Shown here: positions 17,279 to 26,675 of the stretch, piece by piece
Numbering within the stretch: the first letter of the stretch is position 1
How the letters are laid out: each line of letters begins with the position of its first letter
Source of the DNA: Saprospiraceae bacterium
GTDB lineage: Bacteria > Bacteroidota > Bacteroidia > Chitinophagales > Saprospiraceae
NCBI GenBank assembly: GCA_016710585.1
Contig: JADJVN010000002.1
Coordinates: 87,791 to 151,790 of the forward strand
Length of the DNA: 64,000 bases
Reading direction: 5' to 3'
The notes under the pieces: model-generated
What the model saw: the letters and a program-made list of their open reading frames with translations, nothing else
Databases searched by the model: none
Told to the model about the DNA's origin: nothing
Translations under genes and position numbers: made by a program

Positions 17279-19909
17279 TTGAAATCAGAGAATTTACTAT
17301 TTGAAGTGTCGACGTTGACTCCACTTATGGAGCAATATTATGCAATGAAAGCTAAGCACCCCGATGCAATACTCTTATATCGCGTAGGTGATTTTTATGA
17401 GACATTTGCTGCCGATGCGATTCAAACCTCCAATGTCTTAGGAATCGTCCTCACTAAAAGGAATAATGGAGGCAATGATATCGAGTTGGCTGGTTTCCCT
17501 TATCATTCTTTAGATGCCTATTTGCCCAAGTTAGTTCGAGCAGGTTTTCGTGTTGCCATTTGCGAGCAGTTAGAAAAGCCAAGTAAAGGTAAAAAAGTGG
17601 TCAAACGTGGTATTACAGATGTCATTACACCAGGAGTTACTACTGATGATAAATTACTCGATCATCGCAAGAATAATTTTCTCGCCGCAGTGAATTTTAG
17701 TCCACAAGTGATAGGCATTTCTTTCGTCGATATTTCTACTGGTGAGTTTTATGTGTCTGAAGGTTCTGAACAATATATCAATAAATTACTTCAAAGTTTT
17801 AGACCATCAGAAATTGTTATAAAAAAATCTTCCAAAGCACTATTTGAAAAATGTTTTGGAGAGAGTTATTATACCTATTGTCTCGAAGATTGGATTTTTA
17901 CGGACGAATTTACAAGAGAAAAACTATTAAAACATTTCAAAGTACTCAATCTAAAAGGATTTGGCGTAGAAGATCTCATAGTGAGTCAAGTGGCTGCGGG
18001 TAGTATTTTATATTATTTAGAGACCACAGAAAATCATAATCCAACACACATCTCACAGATTAGTAAAATAGCGAGTGAAGAATATGTATGGATGGATCGC
18101 TTCACGATACGCAATCTTGAACTCATAGACTCTCTTCATCCAGAAGGCAGCTCATTGATTCAAATATTAGATCAATGCAAGACGCCAATGGGCTCTAGAC
18201 TTTTGCGTCGATGGATGATACTTCCCTTATTAAAGATCAATAAAATTCAAGAGCGACTCAATGCTGTAGATAGTTTGGTCACACAATCAGAGCTGCTTGA
18301 TGACTTACGCGATCGCTTACATTTATTTGGTGATATGGAGCGATTGGTGTCGAAGATTCCATTGCTGCGTATTAGCCCAAGAGAAGTTTTGCATATCAAA
18401 AACAATCTTCTCAAACTAAAGCCCATCAAAGAGATTCTTGCAAAACATTCTGATCCACTACTTCAATTTCTAAGTAGTAAAATCAATGGATGTGAAGCTC
18501 TCGAAGAACAAATCTCTAAACAAATAAAAGATGATGCCCCCAATCAAATCATTAAGTCAGGAGTGATCCAAGATGGCTTTTCAAAAGAGCTTGATGAATT
18601 GCGATACATCGTCACCAATGGAAAAGATTTATTGCTTGATATTCAAAAAGAAGAAGCGCTTAAGACGGGCATCACGAATTTAAAAATAGGATTCAATAGT
18701 GTGTTTGGTTATTTTCTGGAAGTAACCAACAAATATAAAAATCAAGGTCTCATACCAGATCATTGGGTGCGCAAACAAACCATGTCCACTGGTGAAAGAT
18801 ACATTACTGACGAGCTAAAAAAACTAGAAACTAAAATACTTGGAGCAGAAGAGCGGATCATACAACTGGAAGAAGAAATATTCAATCAGCTCATCCAATT
18901 TATGCAAGATTATGTGTTGCCTTTGCAGCAGAATGCACATGCATTGGCAGAATTAGATTGCATCACATCATTCGCGCATACTGCACAAAAAAATAATTAT
19001 ACCAAACCAAATTTTAATGACAATCACGTCATACATATCAAATCTGCGCGTCATCCCGTAATAGAAAAACAATTGCCCGTAGGAGAGTCATATATTCCTA
19101 ATGATATTTATCTAGACAATGACGCATATCAAATTTTGATGATCACAGGTCCAAATATGTCTGGTAAATCAGCCATCCTTCGTCAAACTGCATTGATTTG
19201 TCTGATGGCGCAAATAGGCTCATTCATACCTGCAGAAAGTGCAGAACTCAGCATCATCGATCGCATTTTTACACGAGTTGGAGCGAGTGATAATATTTCA
19301 AGTGGTGAATCCACATTCATGGTAGAAATGAATGAGACAGCATCTATCCTTAACAATCTTTCCGATCGCTCACTTGTATTGATGGATGAGATCGGTCGAG
19401 GGACGAGTACTTATGATGGTATTTCTATTGCTTGGTCGATAGCAGAATTTTTACATGAGCAGACACATCAAAAAGCAAAAACATTATTTGCTACACACTA
19501 TCACGAATTAAATGAATTGGCATTGCAATACAATGGTATAAAAAATTTCCATGTCTCTACACAAGAGATCAATAATAAAGTTATTTTCCTGCGCAAATTA
19601 GTAGCAGGTGGAAGTGAGCATTCTTTCGGAATTCATGTCGCAGAAATGGCTGGTATGCCAATCAGCATCGTCAATCGCGCCAATGAAATTCTTCATGATC
19701 TTGAATCTTCTCGTGCTAGTGGGAAAATAGCAGATTCAAATTCTGAAAATATGATTCCCAAACCAAATTTACAAATTAAACTCGCGGAAGCACTTCCAGA
19801 ACAAGAACGTAAAGTCTATGAAGAAATCAGGAATATGGATATTAATACTTTGAGTCCTATAGAATGCATGATGAAGATCGCAGAGTGGCGCAAAAAATTA
19901 AATTTATAA
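17279..19909 (+). CDS. mutS: DNA mismatch repair protein MutS
   Basis: 876 aa. TPLMEQYYAMKAKHPDAILLYRVGDFYE, Walker A GPNMSGKS, DEIGRGTSTYDG and FATHYHEL. Confidence 0.95.
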   Translation: MKSENLLFEVSTLTPLMEQYYAMKAKHPDAILLYRVGDFYETFAADAIQTSNVLGIVLTKRNNGGNDIELAGFPYHSLDAYLPKLVRAGFRVAICEQLEKPSKGKKVVKRGITDVITPGVTTDDKLLDHRKNNFLAAVNFSPQVIGISFVDISTGEFYVSEGSEQYINKLLQSFRPSEIVIKKSSKALFEKCFGESYYTYCLEDWIFTDEFTREKLLKHFKVLNLKGFGVEDLIVSQVAAGSILYYLETTENHNPTHISQISKIASEEYVWMDRFTIRNLELIDSLHPEGSSLIQILDQCKTPMGSRLLRRWMILPLLKINKIQERLNAVDSLVTQSELLDDLRDRLHLFGDMERLVSKIPLLRISPREVLHIKNNLLKLKPIKEILAKHSDPLLQFLSSKINGCEALEEQISKQIKDDAPNQIIKSGVIQDGFSKELDELRYIVTNGKDLLLDIQKEEALKTGITNLKIGFNSVFGYFLEVTNKYKNQGLIPDHWVRKQTMSTGERYITDELKKLETKILGAEERIIQLEEEIFNQLIQFMQDYVLPLQQNAHALAELDCITSFAHTAQKNNYTKPNFNDNHVIHIKSARHPVIEKQLPVGESYIPNDIYLDNDAYQILMITGPNMSGKSAILRQTALICLMAQIGSFIPAESAELSIIDRIFTRVGASDNISSGESTFMVEMNETASILNNLSDRSLVLMDEIGRGTSTYDGISIAWSIAEFLHEQTHQKAKTLFATHYHELNELALQYNGIKNFHVSTQEINNKVIFLRKLVAGGSEHSFGIHVAEMAGMPISIVNRANEILHDLESSRASGKIADSNSENMIPKPNLQIKLAEALPEQERKVYEEIRNMDINTLSPIECMMKIAEWRKKLNL

Positions 19910-19936
19910 GCAGTACTTACTTTTACAAGTTTAATA

Positions 19937-20019
19937 GGGCGTGACCCTTTGGGTCAGGCTATTGCGGGGTTCCGTGCTTCGCACCAGCGCTTTGCGCTGC
20001 CCTACATATCCTTCACGCG
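19937..20019. other. GC-rich 83-nt structured island in an otherwise AT-rich spacer
   Basis: gggcgtgaccctttgggtcagg...cacgcg. Three small hairpins with 3-nt loops: TGACCC-ttt-GGGTCA (19942-19956), GTGC-ttc-GCAC (19974-19984), CAGCGC-ttt-GCGCTG (19985-19999). The ends GCGTGA and TCACGC are complementary. Confidence 0.45.
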
Positions 20020-20212
20020 AAAAAATCGTATGTGAGTTGTTTTGGTATTCTTGCCTAAAACGAAACCTGCATGATGTGAATCATATAAGTCGTTCCAATG
20101 GATCTAATTTTTTCGCAATTGATTTTTCTACAAGCAATTTGCACCTCTGGGGTAATATATCATGTTTTGTATTTTTTAATAGTTGTTTTCTTTATTTTAA
20201 TTTTTTAAGTAA

Positions 20213-20283
20213 AGCTCCATGGGAGCGACCTGTTTTTAGAGATAATTTATTGATGTTTTTTGAGCTCCATAGGTGCGACCTGT
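20213..20283. repeat. Two copies of a 21-nt motif containing a small palindrome
   Basis: agctccatgggagcgacctgt (20213-20233) and agctccataggtgcgacctgt (20263-20283) match at 19 of 21 positions and lie 50 nt apart. Confidence 0.6.
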
Positions 20284-20298
20284 AACTGTTGTATAATT

Positions 20299-20546
20299 GC
20301 AGTACTTCTAGTAAAATAACCCATCCCCTGCCCTTACCCTTGTTAGGGAAGGGGTGAAATGATTGATTAAAAATTCAGTTTAATTTAAATAGTCAATCGA
20401 ACATCATGTCAGTGGAATTTTATTAAAGCTAGATTAATAATTTCTGTCGGAGCAGTATGTAATGTAGTACTTCAAATAAAATAACCCGGTAAAAATTGTG
20501 AAATAACCCAATCTTCAGTCTTTACCCCTTGTTGAGGAAGGAGGTT
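20299..20546. repeat. Two diverged copies of a ~60-80-nt repeat (gtacttc-aaaataaccc-C-rich/G-rich palindrome)
   Basis: Copy A 20299-20357: gcagtacttctagtaaaataacccatcccctgcccttacccttgttagggaaggggtg. Copy B 20465-20546: tagtacttcaaataaaataaccc...gaaataacccaatcttcagtctttaccccttgttgaggaaggagg. A partial third start (cagtacttac) is at 19911. Confidence 0.55.
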
Positions 20547-20582
20547 GTTATTATTCTATAATTTTTCTATAATTGTTCTTTT

Positions 20583-21188
20583 TTAAAATATTTTGTACTG
20601 AATTCCAATTTCAATCTTAATAGGATTAAAGGTAAATTCAAAATATTTGCTATCTCTATATATTTTATCAACGAATACATTGTTGGTCGTGCTAGAATTC
20701 AGCGAAATAGCGACCATTCCAGACAGACCTATCAATGCAGATAATCTTGAGTTTAATTTATATTCTGCTTGAATTTTCGGTTTGTAATATATTCCTAATT
20801 TATTAGCTTTCGAGACATAAACTTGAGTAAGATTTGGAATTGTTTTTTTATGTAAAAAGTAAATTCCAGATGAATGCGACCAACGCAGTTTAAATTTGTC
20901 TGCAGAATTACCCAAAAAATAATAACCCAATCCATATCCAATACCCAGTTGAATCAATTTTTCGTCATCAAAAGTTTTGTGGAAGGTTCCAAATACTAAA
21001 TTCGACAATTCCCAATATCTATATTTTTTTTCACTAGCCCTAGGATACATATAAGCTAATTCCATTCCTGTGAAATGAAATCTATTGAAAATATTATGAT
21101 TCGTCGAACTATAAATTCCTTTCCATTTATCCTGACCATGAACCGAAATAAAAAGCAGCACGAATAAAATGACTTAATAATGTCTCAT
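20583..21188 (-). pseudogene. Outer-membrane beta-barrel-like protein gene with an in-frame TAA at codon 5
   Basis: Minus-strand reading gives ATG AGA CAT TAT TAA GTC ATT TTA TTC GTG..., i.e. MRHY*VILFVLLFISVHGQD, a signal peptide cut by the TAA at 21174-21176. The body has alternating beta-strand patterns and ends IQYKIF (terminal Phe). The ORF track restarts at the GTG at 21161, which removes the n-region of the signal peptide. Confidence 0.55.
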
Positions 21189-21192
21189 GATA

Positions 21193-21821
21193 TTATTCTA
21201 TTACTGTAAATAAATATATACTTTTATTATCTGCATGTTTTTGAAGTTGAGTTAATTCATCCGATGCTATACTTGATTCCATTAAGATTTCTTTATGAAT
21301 ATCCGAGTTTGAAATCTTAAAAAAGATTTCGCTTTGACCTTTTATACTTGCATTAAAATTACATAAATTGGATTTATCTATGAGGCCTTTGTAAATTGGA
21401 TTGTTTTCTGGTCGGAGAATATAACTCCCTTTCATGCGTGGTATAATTCCTATTTGAAAAAAAGCAGAATTACCCAAACATCCTACTTTAGTAGTAAAAT
21501 AATTTTTTTCATTATTAATTGTAATCGCATCTGGTATAAAATCAAAAGAATCACCAATAGATTTAAAATTGATTTCATGAATGGTTAAATCAAAGATAAA
21601 ACCTTTATTGTCCAATGAAACTTGTTGTAAGTTGAGCGAATTAATGAGATATGCATTGTGATTCAGGTGACTTAACCAAATCGTGTCACCTATTTTAACT
21701 TGTTTGTTTCCTGGAAGGATATCGAGAGGAATCTCAAATCGTTCCTGAAGTTCAGGTTCCAATCGACAAGCTAAAAAATAGATAGATAGCAAAATGCTAC
21801 GATTAATCCAATTTTATACAT
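21193..21821 (-). pseudogene. Hypothetical lipoprotein gene with a frameshift inside the signal peptide
   Basis: The ATG at 21821 gives MYKIGLIVAF in one frame. The ORF-track frame continues LLSIYFLACRLEPE (lipobox LAC). The junction is the T4 run at 21791-21794, and 629 nt is 1 short of a whole frame. Alternatively the gene starts at the TTG at 21792 with a very short signal. Confidence 0.5.
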
Positions 21822-22043
21822 ATTTACTTTGGTTTCTTAGCGAAGATAAGCAAATTATTTATGGGCAAATAATTATTTCTGATAAAACTTGACGCTATTT
21901 CTTTGAGATTTAAGGAAAGTATTTAGAAATGTCCAATCACATAATATTATTATTACGTAAATGAGGTTTTGAAATTCATTTCATTTTTTAGCATGTGTTA
22001 TTGAGCTAAAGATCAGTTTCTTGTTAAAAACAGAAAGAGAAGA

Positions 22044-22472
22044 TTAGCCCCCACAAGCGATTTTTAATTTTTTAATATTCATATCCCAAATGTCATTTTG
22101 ACTTTTTACCTCATCTTCTTCACAACATTCTGTGACTTCGAGAATGGTTTCATTCGTGATGTCAGTTTTGTAGATTCTGAATTGTAAGAATTCGTCTGGT
22201 CTGTCCTCCCAGACAAATTTTACCAATTCTTCCTCAATGTCTTCTGTTAGGCTTGCTTCTTCTTCTTCACCATTCCATGAAAAAGTGTAAGCGTCACCAA
22301 CATTGTCGACTTCATCACAAAACCACCTCACTAAACAGGTAGGTTGAGTTACGAAAAGATAGATGATCGAAGGCGATGCCTTGAACATATACTCGAATTT
22401 TGCTTGGATAATTTTCAATTTTTTTATATTAAGACTCGGCAATATTAAAATTGTTTCTATATTTTTTTGCAT
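22044..22472 (-). CDS. START-like (SRPBCC-fold) domain protein
   Basis: KFEYMFKASPSIIYLFVTQPTCLVRWFCDEVDNVGDAYTFSWNGEEE...VKFVWEDRPDEFLQFRIY...EEDEVKSQNDIWDMNIKKLK matches the small Bacteroidota START-like family as I remember it. The true start may be a downstream TTG. Confidence 0.7.
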   Translation of the reverse strand: MQKNIETILILPSLNIKKLKIIQAKFEYMFKASPSIIYLFVTQPTCLVRWFCDEVDNVGDAYTFSWNGEEEEASLTEDIEEELVKFVWEDRPDEFLQFRIYKTDITNETILEVTECCEEDEVKSQNDIWDMNIKKLKIACGG

Positions 22473-22626
22473 AATGATGAACTTTTTTTATACAATTTTT
22501 ATTTCTTACCTTATGCAAAAGGTCAGGAAGCAACTTTGGCACGTATTTCGCAATACTACTATATGAGTCACTTATAAGATATTAAAATATTGTAAATCAA
22601 CAATTTAAAGGGAAAAAAAGTCATTA

Positions 22627-23496
22627 ATGCGGCAATTAAAAATAACTAAATCCATCACGAATCGGGAAAGTCAGTCCCTAGAAAAATATTTGCAAGAAAT
22701 TGGTAAAGTGGACTTGTTGACACCTGAGGAAGAGGTCGAATTAGCTAAATTAATCAAACAAGGGAATCAAATTGCATTAGAAAAATTGACCAAGGCAAAT
22801 CTAAGATTTGTCGTTTCCGTGGCAAAGCAATACCAGAATCAAGGTCTTTCATTGTCAGATTTAATCAATGAAGGAAATCTAGGATTAATTAAGGCAGCAC
22901 AACGATTTGATGAAACCAGAGGATTCAAATTCATTTCCTACGCCGTATGGTGGATCAGACAGTCAATCTTGCAAGCATTGGCTGAGCAATCCCGTATCGT
23001 CAGATTGCCATTAAATAAAGTAGGATCATTAAATAAGATTAATCGTGCCTTCTCTGAATTAGAACAAGAATTCGAAAGAGAACCTTCACCAGAAGAATTG
23101 GCTACGCTACTAGAAATCCCAACTGAAGAAGTCGAGACAACTCTAGGCGTAGCAGCTCGACACGTCTCAATGGATGCACCGTTTGTTGAAGGAGAAGATA
23201 ACTCCTTGTTGGACGTCTTAGAGAATAGTAGCACACCAGCTACAGATCAAAGACTAGAATACAAAGATTCATTGCGTAGAGAAATAGAAAGAGCCTTAGG
23301 GACGCTTACAGATAGACAGGCAGATGTGATCAAATTGTATTTTGGCCTTGGTGTCGAACATCCTGAGTCTTTGGAAGATATCGGTGATAAATTTGGCCTT
23401 ACTCGAGAAAGAGTGAGACAAATTAAAGACAAAGCCATTAATAAATTAAGATCTACGACAAGAAGTAAGTTATTGAAACAATATCTAGGGATTTAA
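22627..23496 (+). CDS. rpoD: RNA polymerase primary sigma factor (sigma-A/RpoD, short Bacteroidota form)
   Basis: 289 aa. Region 2 [55 protein letters not shown]. Region 4 [18 protein letters not shown]. Confidence 0.95.
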   Translation: MRQLKITKSITNRESQSLEKYLQEIGKVDLLTPEEEVELAKLIKQGNQIALEKLTKANLRFVVSVAKQYQNQGLSLSDLINEGNLGLIKAAQRFDETRGFKFISYAVWWIRQSILQALAEQSRIVRLPLNKVGSLNKINRAFSELEQEFEREPSPEELATLLEIPTEEVETTLGVAARHVSMDAPFVEGEDNSLLDVLENSSTPATDQRLEYKDSLRREIERALGTLTDRQADVIKLYFGLGVEHPESLEDIGDKFGLTRERVRQIKDKAINKLRSTTRSKLLKQYLGI

Positions 23497-23579
23497 TTTT
23501 CGAGCTCTTTTTACATTTTTAGCAATTTTTTTTCTTTATGCAAGTCAATTTATTGAACTTTGCAAAAAAAAATATCTTC

Positions 23580-25040
23580 ATGAGCGAATTGTCATTTAAT
23601 GAATCTACAGAACTAGCTTTACAACAATGGCGTGAAAAGGAGAAAAAAGCGCTAGAATTAAGCAAAATTGTAGGTGAATTGCGTTTCGATAGATCAATAG
23701 AATTATTATTATTCAGAAGAGATCTTTACGATGTAAGACCTACTGAGATCATCAATTATCATTTATTTGCAAAAAATTATGTCGATACAGATTTAAGTAT
23801 TGATTTAACACTTGGTATCGCAAAAGCAATCCAGTCCAACATCCATATTGGTGCTTCGAGGATCGATATAGGAAAGTTAGCTTCAGAATGTACAAGCCAA
23901 GGGATAGACCTCAATCAATTTGTAGCTCAGAAACTAGGCAACGCACCTTTGGATACGGATCACACGATCGCACATAGGGATGTCGTACTGTATGGTTTTG
24001 GTAGGATAGGTAGACTAGTCGCAAGGAGAATTATTTCAAGTACAGGTAGAGGAGAACAATTAAGGTTAAAGGCGATCGTCATTAGACCTAGTATGAAAGT
24101 AAGACTTGAAGAAGTAAATAAAAGAATGGCATTGATGGAAATAGATTCAATCCATGGTGCTTTTCCAGGTACAGTTCAAGTGCTTGAAGATGGAGATATT
24201 GTTGAAATCAATGGTAATAAAATCCACATGATTTTCGCCAACGATCCTTCAGAAATCAACTATGAAAACTATGGTATAAAAGATGCCATATTGATCGACA
24301 ATACGGGAATGTGGGATACTAAAGAAAAATTGAGTGCACATCTTCGTCCAGGAATAAAAAAAGTAATCCTTACTGCGCCTGGAAAAGATATCCCAAATAT
24401 CGTAGTTGGAGCTAACCATCAACAAATTGATTTTGAAAATGAAACAGTAGTTTGTGCAGCATCATGTACAACTAATGCTATCGTTCCTGTTATCCAAACA
24501 ATGGATAATGAGTTCGGTATCGAGAAAGGGCATATAGAAACTGTCCATGCTTATACAAGTGATCAGAATTTATTAGATAATTTTCATAAAAAACCTCGTA
24601 GAGGTCGTGGTGCTCCCATTAATATGGTAATCACAAGCACAGGTGCAGCAAGTGCAGTTGCTAAAGTATTACCTAATTTAAAGGGCAAGCTTACTGGAAA
24701 TGCAGTGCGTGTTCCGGTCCCAAATGTTTCATTGGCTATACTGAATTTAACCTTGGAGAAACCGTCCACCAGAGAAGAAATATTAGCTAAATTGAGACAT
24801 GCATGTCTTCATGGTGATCTCGTGGAGCAAATGCAATATTCAACAAATGAAGAGTATGTGTCAAGTAATGCTGTAGGTACGACTGTTGCTTCAGTTATCG
24901 ATGTTCCTTCAACCATTTTATCCAATGATGGAAAGACAGTGACGCTTTATGCTTGGTATGATAATGAATATGGATACACTTGTCAGGTAGTTCGTCTGGC
25001 TAAGCATGTAGCGCAAGTAAGACGGTACGCTTACTATTAG
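23580..25040 (+). CDS. gap: Glyceraldehyde-3-phosphate dehydrogenase, long form with ~130-aa N-terminal extension
   Basis: VVLYGFGRIGRLVAR, catalytic AASCTTNA and WYDNEYGY. The ATG at 23580 (MSELSF) is preferred over 23538 because a near-consensus -7 motif GAACTTTG lies at 23555-23562. Confidence 0.9.
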   Translation: MSELSFNESTELALQQWREKEKKALELSKIVGELRFDRSIELLLFRRDLYDVRPTEIINYHLFAKNYVDTDLSIDLTLGIAKAIQSNIHIGASRIDIGKLASECTSQGIDLNQFVAQKLGNAPLDTDHTIAHRDVVLYGFGRIGRLVARRIISSTGRGEQLRLKAIVIRPSMKVRLEEVNKRMALMEIDSIHGAFPGTVQVLEDGDIVEINGNKIHMIFANDPSEINYENYGIKDAILIDNTGMWDTKEKLSAHLRPGIKKVILTAPGKDIPNIVVGANHQQIDFENETVVCAASCTTNAIVPVIQTMDNEFGIEKGHIETVHAYTSDQNLLDNFHKKPRRGRGAPINMVITSTGAASAVAKVLPNLKGKLTGNAVRVPVPNVSLAILNLTLEKPSTREEILAKLRHACLHGDLVEQMQYSTNEEYVSSNAVGTTVASVIDVPSTILSNDGKTVTLYAWYDNEYGYTCQVVRLAKHVAQVRRYAYY

Positions 25041-25043
25041 AAA

Positions 25044-26573
25044 ATGTCTTCACAACTTAAAGAAAATCCAATCAACAAATGGCTTCCTTTTTGGATGGGA
25101 TTGGCATGTGCAGTAGGTTTGTTTTTTGGAATGAAAATTCAATTGCCTAAAACAAAAAATATCGAAGAAAATACTGCAATTGAATCAAGGAATGCAATTC
25201 AAAAATTAACTGATGCCGTGTCATATATACATGCCAAATATGATGATAGCCTTTCATATCAAAGTATTGTAGATAAAGCGCTAGTGGGGCTTACTCAAGG
25301 ATTAGATCCCTATTCTAGTTATACCGAATATTCTGAAAAACAAGCTGAAATTGATGAACTTGATGGAGATTATGAAGGCATAGGAATAGAGTGCAGAAAA
25401 GTAAATCATCGATTTTATGTCAGTCATGTATATGAAAATAGTCCAGCAAGTGAGAATGGACTTAAAGTAGGAGATGAGATACTTCAAGTTCAAGATATAA
25501 AACTTGATAGTACTGTCTCCATTAAAAAAGTAATAACCTATATCAAAAATTCTGAACATGAATTAAAATTAGGGATTAAATCTCAAAATGGAATTGCTGA
25601 AAAAACATTAGTCAAAAGACAAATAAAAATAAGTTCTATAAGTTACTCAGAAGATCTGGGCAATGGAACAATAATAGTTGGTATAAAAAATTTTGGTGAT
25701 AAGACCTATCAGGAATTTTTTGAGGTAATTGATCAATATTCCAAGAAAAATAAAGTACAAAAATTAATCATTGACTTGCGAGATAATTCTGGAGGTTTTG
25801 TTACAGCTGTTGCTGACATTTTAAATCAACTTGTTCCAGAGAAGGATCAATTTATGTTTGAGACTTCAGGAAAAAATACCAAGACAAGAGTTTATAAAAG
25901 TTTAGGCAGACCATTTTTTAAATTTGATAAGATCATTGTATTGGTCAATGAAAATACAGCCTCTGCTTCAGAAATTTTAGCAGGAACACTTCAAGATCTT
26001 GATCTTGCTGAAATAATTGGCCAGAATACTGTCGGCAAAGCAATGATACTTGAACAGTTTGAACTGTCTGATAAATCCCAATTGAGGTTGGTCACTGGAA
26101 AATACAAACTACCGTCTGGACGAATAATCCAAAAACCATTTAATGATGCCCAATCCGAGTTTGTTGAAACCAATTCAGCAAAAGATAAACAGTATTTTTC
26201 AATTAAAAAAAGACGAAAGCTCGATGGCAATTCAGGTATCGTTCCTGATATAATTTTAAAACCTGAATTTGATATTAAACCTGATGAGCGAGAAGAATTT
26301 CAGCGCTCGATTGAAGATCAGATTTTAGTTAGATTTGATTTGATAAAGAAACTAAATATTAAATCAGCGGGTGAGCTTTCGACAAATAAAAGTTTAGATT
26401 CATTATTTCTCAATGACTGTTCATTGAATATTGTATGCAAATTAAATCAAGCTTTTTATTTAAAAGAAGCAAAAAAGTATTGTATTAATGTTTTGTTTGG
26501 TGAAGCTGCAAGAAGGAAATTTGAACTAACTGATGACCATATATTGCAATCTGCATTGCATGTCAATAAATAA
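25044..26573 (+). CDS. S41-family C-terminal processing peptidase with PDZ domain
   Basis: 509 aa with an N-terminal TM segment, a PDZ-like region (PASENGLKVGDEILQV), DLRDNSGG, and VNENTASASEILAGTLQD carrying the catalytic Ser. Confidence 0.85.
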   Translation: MSSQLKENPINKWLPFWMGLACAVGLFFGMKIQLPKTKNIEENTAIESRNAIQKLTDAVSYIHAKYDDSLSYQSIVDKALVGLTQGLDPYSSYTEYSEKQAEIDELDGDYEGIGIECRKVNHRFYVSHVYENSPASENGLKVGDEILQVQDIKLDSTVSIKKVITYIKNSEHELKLGIKSQNGIAEKTLVKRQIKISSISYSEDLGNGTIIVGIKNFGDKTYQEFFEVIDQYSKKNKVQKLIIDLRDNSGGFVTAVADILNQLVPEKDQFMFETSGKNTKTRVYKSLGRPFFKFDKIIVLVNENTASASEILAGTLQDLDLAEIIGQNTVGKAMILEQFELSDKSQLRLVTGKYKLPSGRIIQKPFNDAQSEFVETNSAKDKQYFSIKKRRKLDGNSGIVPDIILKPEFDIKPDEREEFQRSIEDQILVRFDLIKKLNIKSAGELSTNKSLDSLFLNDCSLNIVCKLNQAFYLKEAKKYCINVLFGEAARRKFELTDDHILQSALHVNK

Positions 26574-26675
26574 TATTTTCATCTAGCCAAATATAGTTTA
26601 ATTTATATCGTTATATATATTTTGAAATTTTTAGATAAGTATCAATGATTAGAATTTTTTGCATAATAAGCTAAT

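Noticed and set aside
19937-20019. Possible tRNA or tRNA-like gene, suggested by a GC-rich ~83-nt element beginning GGGCGTG
   Set aside because: The 3' end (TCACGCGA) cannot form a 7-bp acceptor stem with GGGCGTG. There is no GTTCRANYC T-loop and no D-loop consensus. The three hairpins have 3-nt loops, which does not fit a cloverleaf.
19941-20285. 114-aa ORF (MTLWVRLLRGSVLRTSALRC...) downstream of mutS
   Set aside because: It runs straight through the GC-rich island and the short repeat copies. Its composition is odd (Arg/Leu/Cys/Phe-rich), no family is recognisable and there is no promoter or RBS context. It is best explained as a chance ORF across repeat DNA.
22938-23438. Antisense ORFs inside rpoD. 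Similar shadow ORFs occur inside the EF-G paralog (32588-33034, 33723-33920, 34107-34328), the TonB receptor (13793-14959), mutS, gyrB, glyQS and others.
   Set aside because: They lie entirely within strongly supported genes on the opposite strand or in another frame. They have low-complexity or odd composition and no independent signals. They are typical shadow ORFs of an AT-rich genome.
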